Shown here: positions 9,208 to 18,599 of the stretch, one piece after another
Numbering within the stretch: the stretch's first letter is position 1
Layout: each line of letters starts with the position of its first letter
From: an uncultured Candidatus Saccharibacteria bacterium
GTDB taxonomy: Bacteria; Patescibacteriota; Minisyncoccia; Phycocordibacterales; JBBTRF01
Assembly: GCA_964602975.1 (NCBI GenBank)
Contig: CAZRTH010000001.1
Coordinates: 5,385-69,384 of the forward strand
Length of the DNA stretch: 64,000 nt
Direction: 5' to 3'
Notes under the pieces: model-generated
What the model was told of the DNA's origin: nothing
What the model saw: the letters and a program-made list of their open reading frames with translations, nothing else
The model's database searches: none
Program-made: the position numbers and the translations under genes

Positions 9208-9807
9208 ATGACCTTTTTCACCGGCAATTTTGCTGACACGCTCGGAATGCTCTCGGGCCTTTTTCTTGCGCTCGGCTACTTGCCGTATATCTACGAAGTA
9301 CTCAAAAAGAAGACAGTACCGAATCGTGCCAGCTGGTTCATCTGGTCTCTTTCGACCGCGATTATATTCTTTGGCGTGAAAGAAACAGGCACACACGAAG
9401 CGATTTGGGTGCCGATCGCTGATGCGATCGGCTGCGGACTTATCTTTCTTCTCTCGATCCCGCTTGGGGTGGGCGGCTGGAGCAGGACCGACCGCGTCTC
9501 TCTCGCGATCTGTCTCGGTAGTCTTGGAGTTTGGCTGGTCACAGGGAATGCGCTTGTTGCGCTGCTTATGAATTTGGCGATCTACGTGAGCGGCTATATT
9601 CCGACTATTCAGAAAGCTGCTGTCGATCCGAAAAGCGAAAGTCTTTTTGCTTGGTCACTTTTCTTTGTGGGTGTGCTTCTGAACCTTGTCACAGTCATCA
9701 TCGGTACCGATACCGGCTTTGCTGTTTGGCTGTATCCGATCGTGCTCGTACTCACTGTCGGTACTCTCTTTTTCTTCTTGTTGAGGTCAAATAAAAAGGC
9801 AGATTAA
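9208..9807 (+). CDS. integral membrane protein (possibly PQ-loop-like), 199 aa
   Basis: About 6 hydrophobic segments; no firm family assignment. Confidence 0.5.
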   Translation: MTFFTGNFADTLGMLSGLFLALGYLPYIYEVLKKKTVPNRASWFIWSLSTAIIFFGVKETGTHEAIWVPIADAIGCGLIFLLSIPLGVGGWSRTDRVSLAICLGSLGVWLVTGNALVALLMNLAIYVSGYIPTIQKAAVDPKSESLFAWSLFFVGVLLNLVTVIIGTDTGFAVWLYPIVLVLTVGTLFFFLLRSNKKAD

Positions 9808-9854
9808 GAGCAGTTTGATAATTCCCTCGGCTCGGCGTATGATAACGGCACGTT

Positions 9855-10868
9855 ATGGCGCTTTTCACGAAAAAGATCGGCATCGACCTTGGTACGGCTA
9901 ACACGCTTGTTTTTTTGCCTGGGAAAGGGATCGTACTCAACGAGCCTTCGGTGGTGGCAGTCTCTGAACAAGACAACCGTATTTTGGCGGTGGGTTTGGA
10001 GGCGAAAGCAATGATCGGTCGCACGCCGGATAATATCATCGCCTATCGTCCGATGAAGGACGGCGTCATTGCCGACTATCGAGTGACCGAGGCGATGCTT
10101 CGCTATTACATCAACAAGGCCCTCGGCAAGTGGAATCTGTTCAAGCCGGATGTGATGATTTCCGTGCCTGCGGGCGTGACTTCGACAGAACGACGAGCGG
10201 TGATCGAAGCGGCGATCAAGGCAGGCGCGAAAAATGCGTACGTGGTGAAAGAGCCGATCCTTGCGGCGATCGGTGCCGGTATTCCGATCTATGAAGCCCG
10301 CGGTCACATGGTCGTGGACATTGGTGGCGGCACTACTGACGTAGCGGTGATCGCTCTTGGCGGTATCGTGTCTTCGACTTCAGTGAAATGTGCCGGCAAT
10401 CGTATCGACGCGGCTATTGCTGATTATGTGAAGAAAACTTTCAATCTTTCGATCGGCGACAAAATGTCGGAGGACATCAAGATCAATATCGGCTCGGCGG
10501 TTCCGCTCGACGAAGAACTCGCAATGGTGATCAAAGGTCGCGATTTTATCACCGGCCTGCCACGCACCGCTGAAGTGAAGACCAATGAGATCGTGAAGGC
10601 GATCGGCAAAGAGCTGCGCGATATGATCAAGGCGATCAAAGATGTACTCCAAGAAACGCCGCCGGAACTTTCCGCCGACATCATCGACAATGGCATTATC
10701 ATGACGGGCGGCTCGAGCATGCTACGCAATTTTCCTGAGTTGGTGTATCGTCGCACCGGCGTGAAGGCTGTGCTTGCGAAGGACGCTCTCTACTGCGTCG
10801 CAAAAGGCACCGGCATCGCGCTCGAACACCTCGACACCTACAAAAAGTCGATCATCACGAAGCGGTAA
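9855..10868 (+). CDS. mreB: rod shape-determining protein MreB (paralog 1)
   Basis: IGIDLGTANTLVF...NEPSVVAV actin-fold N-terminus; 337 aa. Confidence 0.9.
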   Translation: MALFTKKIGIDLGTANTLVFLPGKGIVLNEPSVVAVSEQDNRILAVGLEAKAMIGRTPDNIIAYRPMKDGVIADYRVTEAMLRYYINKALGKWNLFKPDVMISVPAGVTSTERRAVIEAAIKAGAKNAYVVKEPILAAIGAGIPIYEARGHMVVDIGGGTTDVAVIALGGIVSSTSVKCAGNRIDAAIADYVKKTFNLSIGDKMSEDIKINIGSAVPLDEELAMVIKGRDFITGLPRTAEVKTNEIVKAIGKELRDMIKAIKDVLQETPPELSADIIDNGIIMTGGSSMLRNFPELVYRRTGVKAVLAKDALYCVAKGTGIALEHLDTYKKSIITKR

Positions 10869-10885
10869 TTGGAAGTCTAAAATAT

Positions 10886-11347
10886 ATGTCAAAGGAAAGA
10901 AACAAGGCTATTCCAGCATCATACCTCGTTTTAAAAAAAGGGAAGGAAGTTTTGTTGATGAGGCGTTTTAACACTGGTTACTGCAATGGTCAGTATTCAC
11001 TTCCGGCCGGACATGTCGAGGTAAAAGAGTCGCCGATTAGTTGTTTGATCAGAGAGTCCGCAGAAGAAATTGGCGTCGTCATTAAAAAAGAGGCTGTTGA
11101 TTTTGTTCATACGATGTACCGGCCGCTGTCAGATGCAGCAAATCAGCGAATCGATCTTTTCTTTGAAGTGTCTAATTGGTCAGGAGACATTAAAAATAAG
11201 GAGTCGCATAAGTGCGACGATATCCGTTGGTGTTCGCTCGACGCGCTTCCTGAAAATACTATTCCATATATACGCGCAGCTCTCACGGCTGTCCTTGAAA
11301 GAAGGCCCTATTCTGAATGCACACTTGGTGATAAGAATATCTCATGA
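10886..11347 (+). CDS. NUDIX hydrolase
   Basis: Nudix box AGHVEVKESPISCLIRESAEEIGV (GX5EX7REUXEEXGU). Confidence 0.8.
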   Translation: MSKERNKAIPASYLVLKKGKEVLLMRRFNTGYCNGQYSLPAGHVEVKESPISCLIRESAEEIGVVIKKEAVDFVHTMYRPLSDAANQRIDLFFEVSNWSGDIKNKESHKCDDIRWCSLDALPENTIPYIRAALTAVLERRPYSECTLGDKNIS

Positions 11348-12045
11348 TCAGTTTCCTAAAAGCACATATCTATCCCGGCGCTTTGCATCACGCGTACTGT
11401 ATTTCCGACTCAACGGTTTCAGATCACGTGGCAGGCACGCCACACGCGAGCTTTTTTGCTTTCCTCGAAAAACATCTCAATATCCCTACCCGAGGCAATC
11501 CGGATTTTTGGCACGGCCAATTTGAGTCGCTCGGTATCGATGAGGCGAGGCAGATAAAAGAGATGCAGTTGCGGTCGGCTGCGAATGCTGGAGCAAAAAA
11601 GATTTTCGTCATTTCGACGGGTACGATCACTCATGAGGCACAGAATGCTTTGCTGAAAGTGTTTGAGGAACCGACCGCTGACACACACTTTTTTTTGTTG
11701 ATGCCGTCCGCGGAAGTGCTGCTACCGACGCTTCGTTCGCGAGTTGTGATCGTGTCGATAGGGGAGATGGGAGTGGTTCCAGGATCGGAACAATTAGCGA
11801 AGAGTTTTCTTGGCGCTTCGAAAGGAAAACGGATGGCTATCGTGAAGTCACTGATTGAAGAAAAAGATAAGTCAGCGACGCTCGCTCTCGTCGACGGGCT
11901 TCTTAAGGCGCTCTCGAAAAATCCCAAAGAGACTTTGGTGCATCAGAAAGAATTGCAGGAACTACTCGCGATGCGTGGATACTTGAATGATCGATCCTCT
12001 AGCTTGAAAATGATCCTCGAGTACCTTTGTTTGGTCGTGAAGTAG
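11344..12045 (+). CDS. holB: DNA polymerase III delta' subunit-like
   Basis: Clamp-loader motifs NALLKVFEEP and TLRSRVVIV (SRC-like); 233 aa. Confidence 0.7.
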   Translation: MISFLKAHIYPGALHHAYCISDSTVSDHVAGTPHASFFAFLEKHLNIPTRGNPDFWHGQFESLGIDEARQIKEMQLRSAANAGAKKIFVISTGTITHEAQNALLKVFEEPTADTHFFLLMPSAEVLLPTLRSRVVIVSIGEMGVVPGSEQLAKSFLGASKGKRMAIVKSLIEEKDKSATLALVDGLLKALSKNPKETLVHQKELQELLAMRGYLNDRSSSLKMILEYLCLVVK

Positions 12046-12106
12046 TTTTTATAAAAGGGCTCTTTGGTGGTCAAGAGGGGGGTGTCCGTCAGTGTTTTTG
12101 AGTAGG

Positions 12107-12153
12107 TGCGGATTTGTCATACAAAAGTATGAGGAAAGTATGACAAATCCGCA
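12107..12153. repeat. palindromic intergenic repeat element, copy 1
   Basis: 15-bp arms gcggatttgtcatac / gtatgacaaatccgc around loop aaaagtatgaggaaa; related copies at 44259..44305 and 48728..48778. Confidence 0.8.
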
Positions 12154-12354
12154 GATGCTTGTTTTTGGCTCGCCGCCACCACCCCTCCCCAAGCCTCCTT
12201 AGCGGCGGTATTGACAAAACTTCCTATTTATGTAAGAGTACAGGAAGTTCGCTAGGCCTTGAAACCCTAGCTACTCAGCCAAAAACAAGGAGAATCACTT
12301 AAAAAGCCGATGTTCGGCTTGCTCTCTGTGGCGGTTGTTTGCGGGCTCTTTTCC

Positions 12355-12885
12355 ATGAAAAAACTCCTGTTCCTCTTGATCCTTGGCGCGGTCTTTGTCA
12401 GCAACTTCTTCACCACCGGCTGCCAGACGATGGCGACCGGAAAAGGCGAAGATATCTACATCTCGGTGGATCAGCCGAACAGCCGGATCTACCTCAACGA
12501 CGTCCTCCTGTCGGCGAGTTCTTACGCCACGATCCGGCTGAACAAGAGCGGCGGACCCTACAAGATCACCGCTCGCAAGATCGGCTACCTCGAGAAGGAG
12601 GTCAAAGTCACGTCCAAATGGAACTGGCGCCAGACAGGCGTCGCCTTCTTGGACAACATCTTCGGGGTGATCAAGATGGGTTCGTTTGTGTTTGAGGCCG
12701 CCACTGGCGGGCTCAAACAGCTGGATGCTCACGGCATCCGTCTCGAACTCACTCCGGTGACCGCCCAGGCTCAGCCGCCTCGGCTATCTGCGACCGAAGA
12801 TACACGACTCGATCCGGTTGGTGATCTCAAGCGCTGGCGTGCCGCCGGCAACAAGGGTTACCCGCCGAGCTTCGGTCCCCAGTGA
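12355..12885 (+). CDS. putative lipoprotein (PEGA-like beta segment)
   Basis: Signal peptide MKKLLFLLILGAVFVSNFFTTGC (lipobox); YKITARKIGYLEKEVKVT resembles PEGA; elevated GC. Confidence 0.5.
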   Translation: MKKLLFLLILGAVFVSNFFTTGCQTMATGKGEDIYISVDQPNSRIYLNDVLLSASSYATIRLNKSGGPYKITARKIGYLEKEVKVTSKWNWRQTGVAFLDNIFGVIKMGSFVFEAATGGLKQLDAHGIRLELTPVTAQAQPPRLSATEDTRLDPVGDLKRWRAAGNKGYPPSFGPQ

Positions 12886-13003
12886 GCGATTCAAATAACA
12901 CGGCTCGCTCCTCGCTGCCTCAGTCCTTCAGCCCCTTGCAACTGCGCGTTGCTGGGGGTTTTCTTTTGCGCGCGGTTACAAATTTTGTTATGATTGCTCC
13001 ACT

Positions 13004-13555
13004 ATGGCATACAATTTCGTCCCATTTAAAGACAAGATCAAACACACGGAAGACTGGCTTCGCAAGGAGTACACCGCGATTCGTACCGGTCAAGCAAGTC
13101 CTGCTGTGCTCGACGGCGTGATGGTGGAGTCGTATGGTTCGATGGTGCCGGTCAGCCAGGTCGGAAGCATTGCGATCGAGGATTCAAAATCGCTGCGTAT
13201 CGCCCCTTGGGATGCCACTTTGATCAAAGAGATCGAGAAGGCACTTATCGCTTCTGGTCTCGGCCTTTCCATTCGCACCGACGAAAAGGGTGTCCGCGCG
13301 TCGTTTCCGTCTCTCACTGCCGAGCGCCGAACAGCATTGATCAAGCTCGCAAAAGAGAAGCTCGAAGAAGCTCGCATCTCGCTACGGAAAGAGCGTGAAC
13401 CGGTAGTGAAGGATCTCGAAGCACAACAGAAAGCCGGCACAATGCAGGAGGATGAAGCGAAGCGTATGCTCAAGGAAGTGCAAAAATTGGTGGACGAAGC
13501 AAACAAGCGCTTCGACGAAATTCGCGCGAAAAAAGAAACCGAAATTCAGAGCTAG
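13004..13555 (+). CDS. frr: ribosome recycling factor
   Basis: 183 aa; full-length RRF-like sequence. Confidence 0.9.
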   Translation: MAYNFVPFKDKIKHTEDWLRKEYTAIRTGQASPAVLDGVMVESYGSMVPVSQVGSIAIEDSKSLRIAPWDATLIKEIEKALIASGLGLSIRTDEKGVRASFPSLTAERRTALIKLAKEKLEEARISLRKEREPVVKDLEAQQKAGTMQEDEAKRMLKEVQKLVDEANKRFDEIRAKKETEIQS

Positions 13556-13579
13556 AGATCAGGCTAAGCCTAGAGCTAA

Positions 13580-14788
13580 ATGACCATTATTATTTTCATT
13601 CTCATCCTTGGCGCGCTGGTGTTCGTGCACGAGCTCGGGCATTTTGTCGTGGCCAAGGCATTTGGAATTCGAGTGGATCAATTTGCACTCGGTTTCCCGC
13701 CGCGCCTCTTCAGTTGGAAACCGAAAAATTCTGAAACCACCTATGCGCTAAACCTGTTGCCGCTCGGTGGCTACGTGAAGATCTTCGGAGAAAATCCGGA
13801 TGAAGCTTCGCTGAAAGGCCCTGATCGCGGTCGAAGTTTGGTGAACAAACCAAAATATGTGCAGCTGCTCGTGCTCATTGCGGGTATTGTTTTTAATATT
13901 TTGTTTGCATGGCTTTTGTTGTCCGCCGGATTCATGGCCGGTTTGCCAGTCTCGGTCTCCGATCGTTATGCGGACGCAGTGAAGGATCCGGAGGTCATCA
14001 TTCGGGAAGTGGCCGTAAGTTCCCCTGCGGAACAAGCGGGCTTTTTGTCGGGAGATGCCATTGTGTATCTTGAGGCTGATCTAGCCGTTCCAATCGATGT
14101 ATCGGTTGCAGGTGGTGGTACTTCGAGAGAGGTGTTGCGCGGTGCGGGCGTGACACCATCGAGCGTTCGGCGTTTCATCTCCGAACATCCCGATGAGCCG
14201 ATCTCGGTGCTCGTGAAGCGTTCTGGCGACACTCAGAGCTCGACTGGCAATGCCTTGTTGCAAGTGACACCGCGGATTTCCGCCAATACCACCGGCTCGG
14301 GCGCCGCAGGAGAGTCGCAGTCGGCTCCTCGAGCCACGATCGGCGTAGTGATGGATCAAGTCGGGGTATTACAACTGCCATGGTATCGAGCGTTGTGGGA
14401 AGGAATCTTTTTTACAAAAGACGTGGTGGTCGTGACGAGCGAGCAGATCGGACATTTTCTCTGGCAGGCTGTCACCGGCAAAGCAGACATCAACCAAGTG
14501 AGCGGGCCGGTGGGGATCGCGAGCCAGGTGGGCGTTGCTCGAAGCCTCGGTTTCGCATACGTGCTGTCTTTCACCGCATTTATTTCCGTGAACCTTGCCC
14601 TACTCAACCTTGTGCCGTTTCCGGCGCTTGATGGCGGTCGTATTTTGTTCGTATTTATTGAAACCGTGATCCGTCGTCCGATCAAGCCGATAGTCGCGAA
14701 CTGGCTGAATGGCATCGGCTTCGTTCTTTTAATGATATTGATGATTGTGATCGCGTATCACGATATTGTGAAATTGGTAGTGAGATAA
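13580..14788 (+). CDS. rseP: RIP site-2 zinc metalloprotease (M50, RseP-like)
   Basis: HELGHFVVAK HExxH in the first TM segment; PDZ-like middle region; LDGG motif near the C-terminus. Confidence 0.85.
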   Translation: MTIIIFILILGALVFVHELGHFVVAKAFGIRVDQFALGFPPRLFSWKPKNSETTYALNLLPLGGYVKIFGENPDEASLKGPDRGRSLVNKPKYVQLLVLIAGIVFNILFAWLLLSAGFMAGLPVSVSDRYADAVKDPEVIIREVAVSSPAEQAGFLSGDAIVYLEADLAVPIDVSVAGGGTSREVLRGAGVTPSSVRRFISEHPDEPISVLVKRSGDTQSSTGNALLQVTPRISANTTGSGAAGESQSAPRATIGVVMDQVGVLQLPWYRALWEGIFFTKDVVVVTSEQIGHFLWQAVTGKADINQVSGPVGIASQVGVARSLGFAYVLSFTAFISVNLALLNLVPFPALDGGRILFVFIETVIRRPIKPIVANWLNGIGFVLLMILMIVIAYHDIVKLVVR

Positions 14789-14865
14789 AAATTTGCCAAA
14801 AGAAAAACCTCTGAGGGCGCCGAAGCGTCCCCAGAGGGTGTTTTTGAGTTTAGTCGAGCATTCGC

Positions 14866-16110
14866 TCAGTGTGCCGATGGGGCACTTCCTGAAGCGGCCG
14901 CCGTGACCAGCACCTTGAGGGTGCTCACGGTGTAGGACGGCTCGACCTTGAGGTGTTCCCAGCCCGGGTTGCCCTTGCGGACATCCGCGAGGACTTTGCT
15001 GAAGTCCAACACGAACGAGTCGTGCGTGGCTTTCAGCGTGGGGTCCTTTTTGGCGTATCCGCTTCCGTGCTTCTCATGGAAACGGAGGCTCGCGGCTTCG
15101 ACGATTCGCCTCGCCGTCGCCATGTCATCGTTCGGTCGGATCTTCCCGACGACCATGTAGATGATGGTGATGCCATCACGTTTGGGGATGAACCCCAACG
15201 TGTATGTTTTCACCAAGAACATGTTCGTAACGACGAACGCGACCTCTTGTGATGCCACAGGTGCCGGCGGGGCAGGGGCAGCCGGTGCCACATACGTCGG
15301 CGGTGGAGCTGGTGCCGGAACCGGATCCAGATACGCAGCCGGGACCGGAATCGCGTTGGTGGATTCCAGTAGGAGGATGATCCGATCGAGTTTGTCGCCC
15401 ATGTTGTTTGCTCGTTGCTCGAGCTGTTCGATCCGGCCAGTGTTTTTTCGGCCTGCTTCCAGCGCCGCGATGGCCGTCTGCTCGGCACGGATCGCGGCGC
15501 GTTGCGCGCCGCCCGATGCCTTCTTCGCCCGCTCCATCTGCGCGATTCGCGCCGCCCACGTCGCCTCGAGCTGTTGAAGCTGAGGGTTCGATTGGACTTG
15601 CGGAGCAGGCGGGGCTTGAGGTGTCGGATTGATCACTGCCGGCTGATCCCCGATGATAGGGATCGAAGCAAGGTTCGGACGCACCGCCGTTGCCTCGAGT
15701 TGCTCGATGCGAGTCAGCAGGTTCGTCATGCTTTTGCCGATGTGCGGCAGGGTGCTGATGAGTCGCACGTCGATCTCATCCAGCTTTTTGCGGATCGCGG
15801 CGTTCTCTGCTGCGGCCTTGTCGAACTGTTCGCTCTTGTCGAGGATCTCGTTTGCTCGGCGCTTGATCGTCGTGAGTTCGGCGATGGCCTCAGTGTTCGC
15901 GCGCGCCTCGTTGATCTCGGCACGGCCGGGGATCAATCCGAGGAAGTGCGCGATGTTCAAGGCGACAATCAATGCGAGGACGAGGATGCCAAGGCCGATG
16001 ATGGTGGGCTTTTTGCGCCGACCGGCGGTCCACGCGGACACGCAGGCCGTCCACAGTATGTAGATCAGGCTGACGGTGATCAGCACAGTGAAGATGTCGA
16101 GGATGTTCAT
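14866..16110 (-). CDS. hypothetical membrane protein with coiled-coil and Pro-rich linker; high-GC gene
   Basis: N-terminal TM segments, heptad-like ERAKKASGGAQRAAIRAEQTAIAALEAGRK, PAPAPPPTYVAPAAPAPPAP tract; about 62% GC versus about 51% background. Confidence 0.5.
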   Translation of the reverse strand: MNILDIFTVLITVSLIYILWTACVSAWTAGRRKKPTIIGLGILVLALIVALNIAHFLGLIPGRAEINEARANTEAIAELTTIKRRANEILDKSEQFDKAAAENAAIRKKLDEIDVRLISTLPHIGKSMTNLLTRIEQLEATAVRPNLASIPIIGDQPAVINPTPQAPPAPQVQSNPQLQQLEATWAARIAQMERAKKASGGAQRAAIRAEQTAIAALEAGRKNTGRIEQLEQRANNMGDKLDRIILLLESTNAIPVPAAYLDPVPAPAPPPTYVAPAAPAPPAPVASQEVAFVVTNMFLVKTYTLGFIPKRDGITIIYMVVGKIRPNDDMATARRIVEAASLRFHEKHGSGYAKKDPTLKATHDSFVLDFSKVLADVRKGNPGWEHLKVEPSYTVSTLKVLVTAAASGSAPSAH

Positions 16111-16261
16111 AGTTTTCTCCGTTTTTTGAGTTGCTATTTGACCGATTTCAACGGGGAGGCAACGTGCCGCCCCTAACAATTTGACTTGTGGTAAACGCTA
16201 GCATATTTCTAATATAAAGTCAAGCTCGCAGACAGGCCGTATTTCCTGTATTATTCAAGCC

Positions 16262-17554
16262 ATGAAGCAATCACAACTCTTCTCGAAAACCCGCAAAGAA
16301 GCCCCAAAAGACGAGGTTTCGAAGAATGCCCAACTCCTCATACGCGCTGGGTACATCAACAAGGAAATGGCGGGGGTGTATTCGCTGTTGCCGCTCGGTC
16401 TCATCACGCTGAACCGCATCAACAGGATCATTCGCGAAGAGATGAATGCGATCGGTGGACAGGAAGTATTTCTTTCGACGCTCCAAGACAAATCGGTATG
16501 GCAAAAGACTGGCCGATGGGACGACGCGGTGGTGGACAATTGGTTCAAGACAAAATTAAAGAATGATTCCGAGCTCGGACTCGGCTTTACGCACGAGGAG
16601 CCGCTCACGTTATTGATGAGAAATTTCGTGCAGTCTTTCCGCGATCTGCCAGTGTACCCATACCAGATCCAGACCAAGTTTCGAAACGAAATTCGCGCGA
16701 AGAGCGGTATCATGCGTGGTCGCGAGTTTTTGATGAAGGATCTCTACTCGTTCTCTCGAGATGAAAAAGAGCACCAAGCTTTCTACGAAAAAACCAAGCA
16801 GGCATATATGAATGTTTTTCGCCGAGCCGGCATCGCCGACCGAACACATCTCACCTTTGCTTCGGGTGGTTCGTTTGCAAAATATTCTCACGAGTTCCAG
16901 ACTGTCAGCGACGCTGGCGAAGACCTGATCTATGTCGATGAAAAGAGCGGCATTGCCGTGAACAAAGAAGTGCTCACCGATGAAGTGCTGGCTGATCTTG
17001 GTATCAAGCGCGGCAACCTTGTGGAGAGAAAAGCCGTGGAAGTCGGAAATATTTTCAGTCTCGGTACGCGATTTTCCGAGCCGCTCGAGCTTCGTTTTTT
17101 GAATGAAAAGGGAGAAAAGCAGAATGTGGTGATGGGTAGCTATGGCATTGGTCCGACTCGGCTCATGGGCGCGGTTGTCGAAGCCCTCTCCGACGCCGAT
17201 GGAATTGTCTGGCCGGAGGAAGTTGCGCCGTTTCGTGTGCATTTGATCGCGATCGCCGACAAGGCGGGAAAAGTGGCGGAGGAGGCTGCAAAGCTGTACA
17301 ATGCTTTCACCGAAAAAGGGATCGACGTTCTGTATGACGATCGAGATGCCCGACCGGGAGAAAAATTCGCGGACTCCGACCTGCTTGGCCTGCCACATCG
17401 AGTGGTGCTCAGCGAGAAAACACTGGCAGAAGGGGTGTTGGAATACAAGCCTCGCTGTGCGAATACTGCGGGTGAACGATCGGTAGAGAAGATCACGCAG
17501 GCAGAACTTCTGAAACGACTGTCACGAAATATAAAGAATGAAAAAATTTGTTAA
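16262..17554 (+). CDS. proS: prolyl-tRNA synthetase (short form, no INS editing domain)
   Basis: 430-aa class II aaRS with ProRS N-terminus; too short to contain the bacterial INS domain. Confidence 0.9.
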   Translation: MKQSQLFSKTRKEAPKDEVSKNAQLLIRAGYINKEMAGVYSLLPLGLITLNRINRIIREEMNAIGGQEVFLSTLQDKSVWQKTGRWDDAVVDNWFKTKLKNDSELGLGFTHEEPLTLLMRNFVQSFRDLPVYPYQIQTKFRNEIRAKSGIMRGREFLMKDLYSFSRDEKEHQAFYEKTKQAYMNVFRRAGIADRTHLTFASGGSFAKYSHEFQTVSDAGEDLIYVDEKSGIAVNKEVLTDEVLADLGIKRGNLVERKAVEVGNIFSLGTRFSEPLELRFLNEKGEKQNVVMGSYGIGPTRLMGAVVEALSDADGIVWPEEVAPFRVHLIAIADKAGKVAEEAAKLYNAFTEKGIDVLYDDRDARPGEKFADSDLLGLPHRVVLSEKTLAEGVLEYKPRCANTAGERSVEKITQAELLKRLSRNIKNEKIC

Positions 17555-18599
17555 AAAACTCAATCATTTCCTCTCTCACGATATCGGCATCGATCTCGGT
17601 ACTGCAAACACGCTCGTATATATGAGCGGGCAGGGGATCATTATCAATGAGCCGTCGGTGGTGGCGGTAAATGAAAAGACCGGCCAAGTGGTGGCGGTGG
17701 GAACGCAGGCCAAGCAGATGCTCGGTCGCACTCCCGCGCATATCAAGGCGGTGAAGCCGCTGGTGGATGGCGTAGTGTCGGACTTTGAGGTGACCGAGGA
17801 AATGATCTCGTACCTCATCAACAAAGCGCAGCAGTCGAAGAAAAAATTGCTCGGTCCGCGAGTAGTGGTGGGCGTGCCATACGGTATCACCAACGTGGAG
17901 ACGCGAGCAGTGCGCGATGCGACCAAAAACAGTGGCGCACGCGAAGTGTATATTGTCGAAGAGCCGATGGCAGCGGCGATCGGTATTCGTTTGCCGGTGA
18001 ATGACCCTGTGGGTAGCATGATCATCGACATTGGCGGCGGTACCACAGATATTGCCGTAATCTCTTTGGGCGGGATTGTTCGGGCGAAGACGCTCAAGAT
18101 CGCCGGCGACAAATTGAACAACGATATCATCAGCTATATTCGGGGTGAATTTAAAATTTTGATCGGCGAGAAGACCGCTGAGCAGATCAAGATCCAGATC
18201 GGTTCAGTGATCCCTGGCGATGTGCCGCTCGAGTCTTCGGTGAAAGGTCGCGATCTCATCACTGGCCTACCGCGCGAAGTGGTGATCACCGATGGTGATG
18301 TTCGCGAAGCAATTTCGCAGTCGATCGATGTTCTAGTCGAGTCGGTGAAAGAGGTGCTCGAGACCACGCCGCCGGAAATCGTCTCCGATGTGATGCATCG
18401 CGGGGTGCATGTCGTAGGGGGCGGTGCCTTGCTTCGAGGAATTGGCGAACTTTTCCAGCAGCATATCAATATTCCGGTGCACATCGCTGAAGATCCGCTC
18501 ACGGCTGTTGCCCGAGGTACCGGTATCATCCTGGAAAATCTTGTTTTGTATGAAGAGGTATTGATCCAAAATGAAGATGAACTCCCTCCGCAAAACTAA
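17538..18599 (+). CDS. mreB: rod shape-determining protein MreB (paralog 2)
   Basis: IGIDLGTANTLVYM...NEPSVVAV; followed by mreC. Confidence 0.9.
   Translation: MKKFVKKLNHFLSHDIGIDLGTANTLVYMSGQGIIINEPSVVAVNEKTGQVVAVGTQAKQMLGRTPAHIKAVKPLVDGVVSDFEVTEEMISYLINKAQQSKKKLLGPRVVVGVPYGITNVETRAVRDATKNSGAREVYIVEEPMAAAIGIRLPVNDPVGSMIIDIGGGTTDIAVISLGGIVRAKTLKIAGDKLNNDIISYIRGEFKILIGEKTAEQIKIQIGSVIPGDVPLESSVKGRDLITGLPREVVITDGDVREAISQSIDVLVESVKEVLETTPPEIVSDVMHRGVHVVGGGALLRGIGELFQQHINIPVHIAEDPLTAVARGTGIILENLVLYEEVLIQNEDELPPQN

Noticed and set aside
8724-9396. Minus-strand ORFs of 171 and 153 aa spanning the murA 3' end
   Set aside because: Antisense to murA and to the membrane protein gene; no support.
15161-16176. 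Long plus-strand ORFs (138, 253 aa) inside the 14866..16110 gene
   Set aside because: Ala/Arg-rich antisense artefacts of a 62% GC gene.
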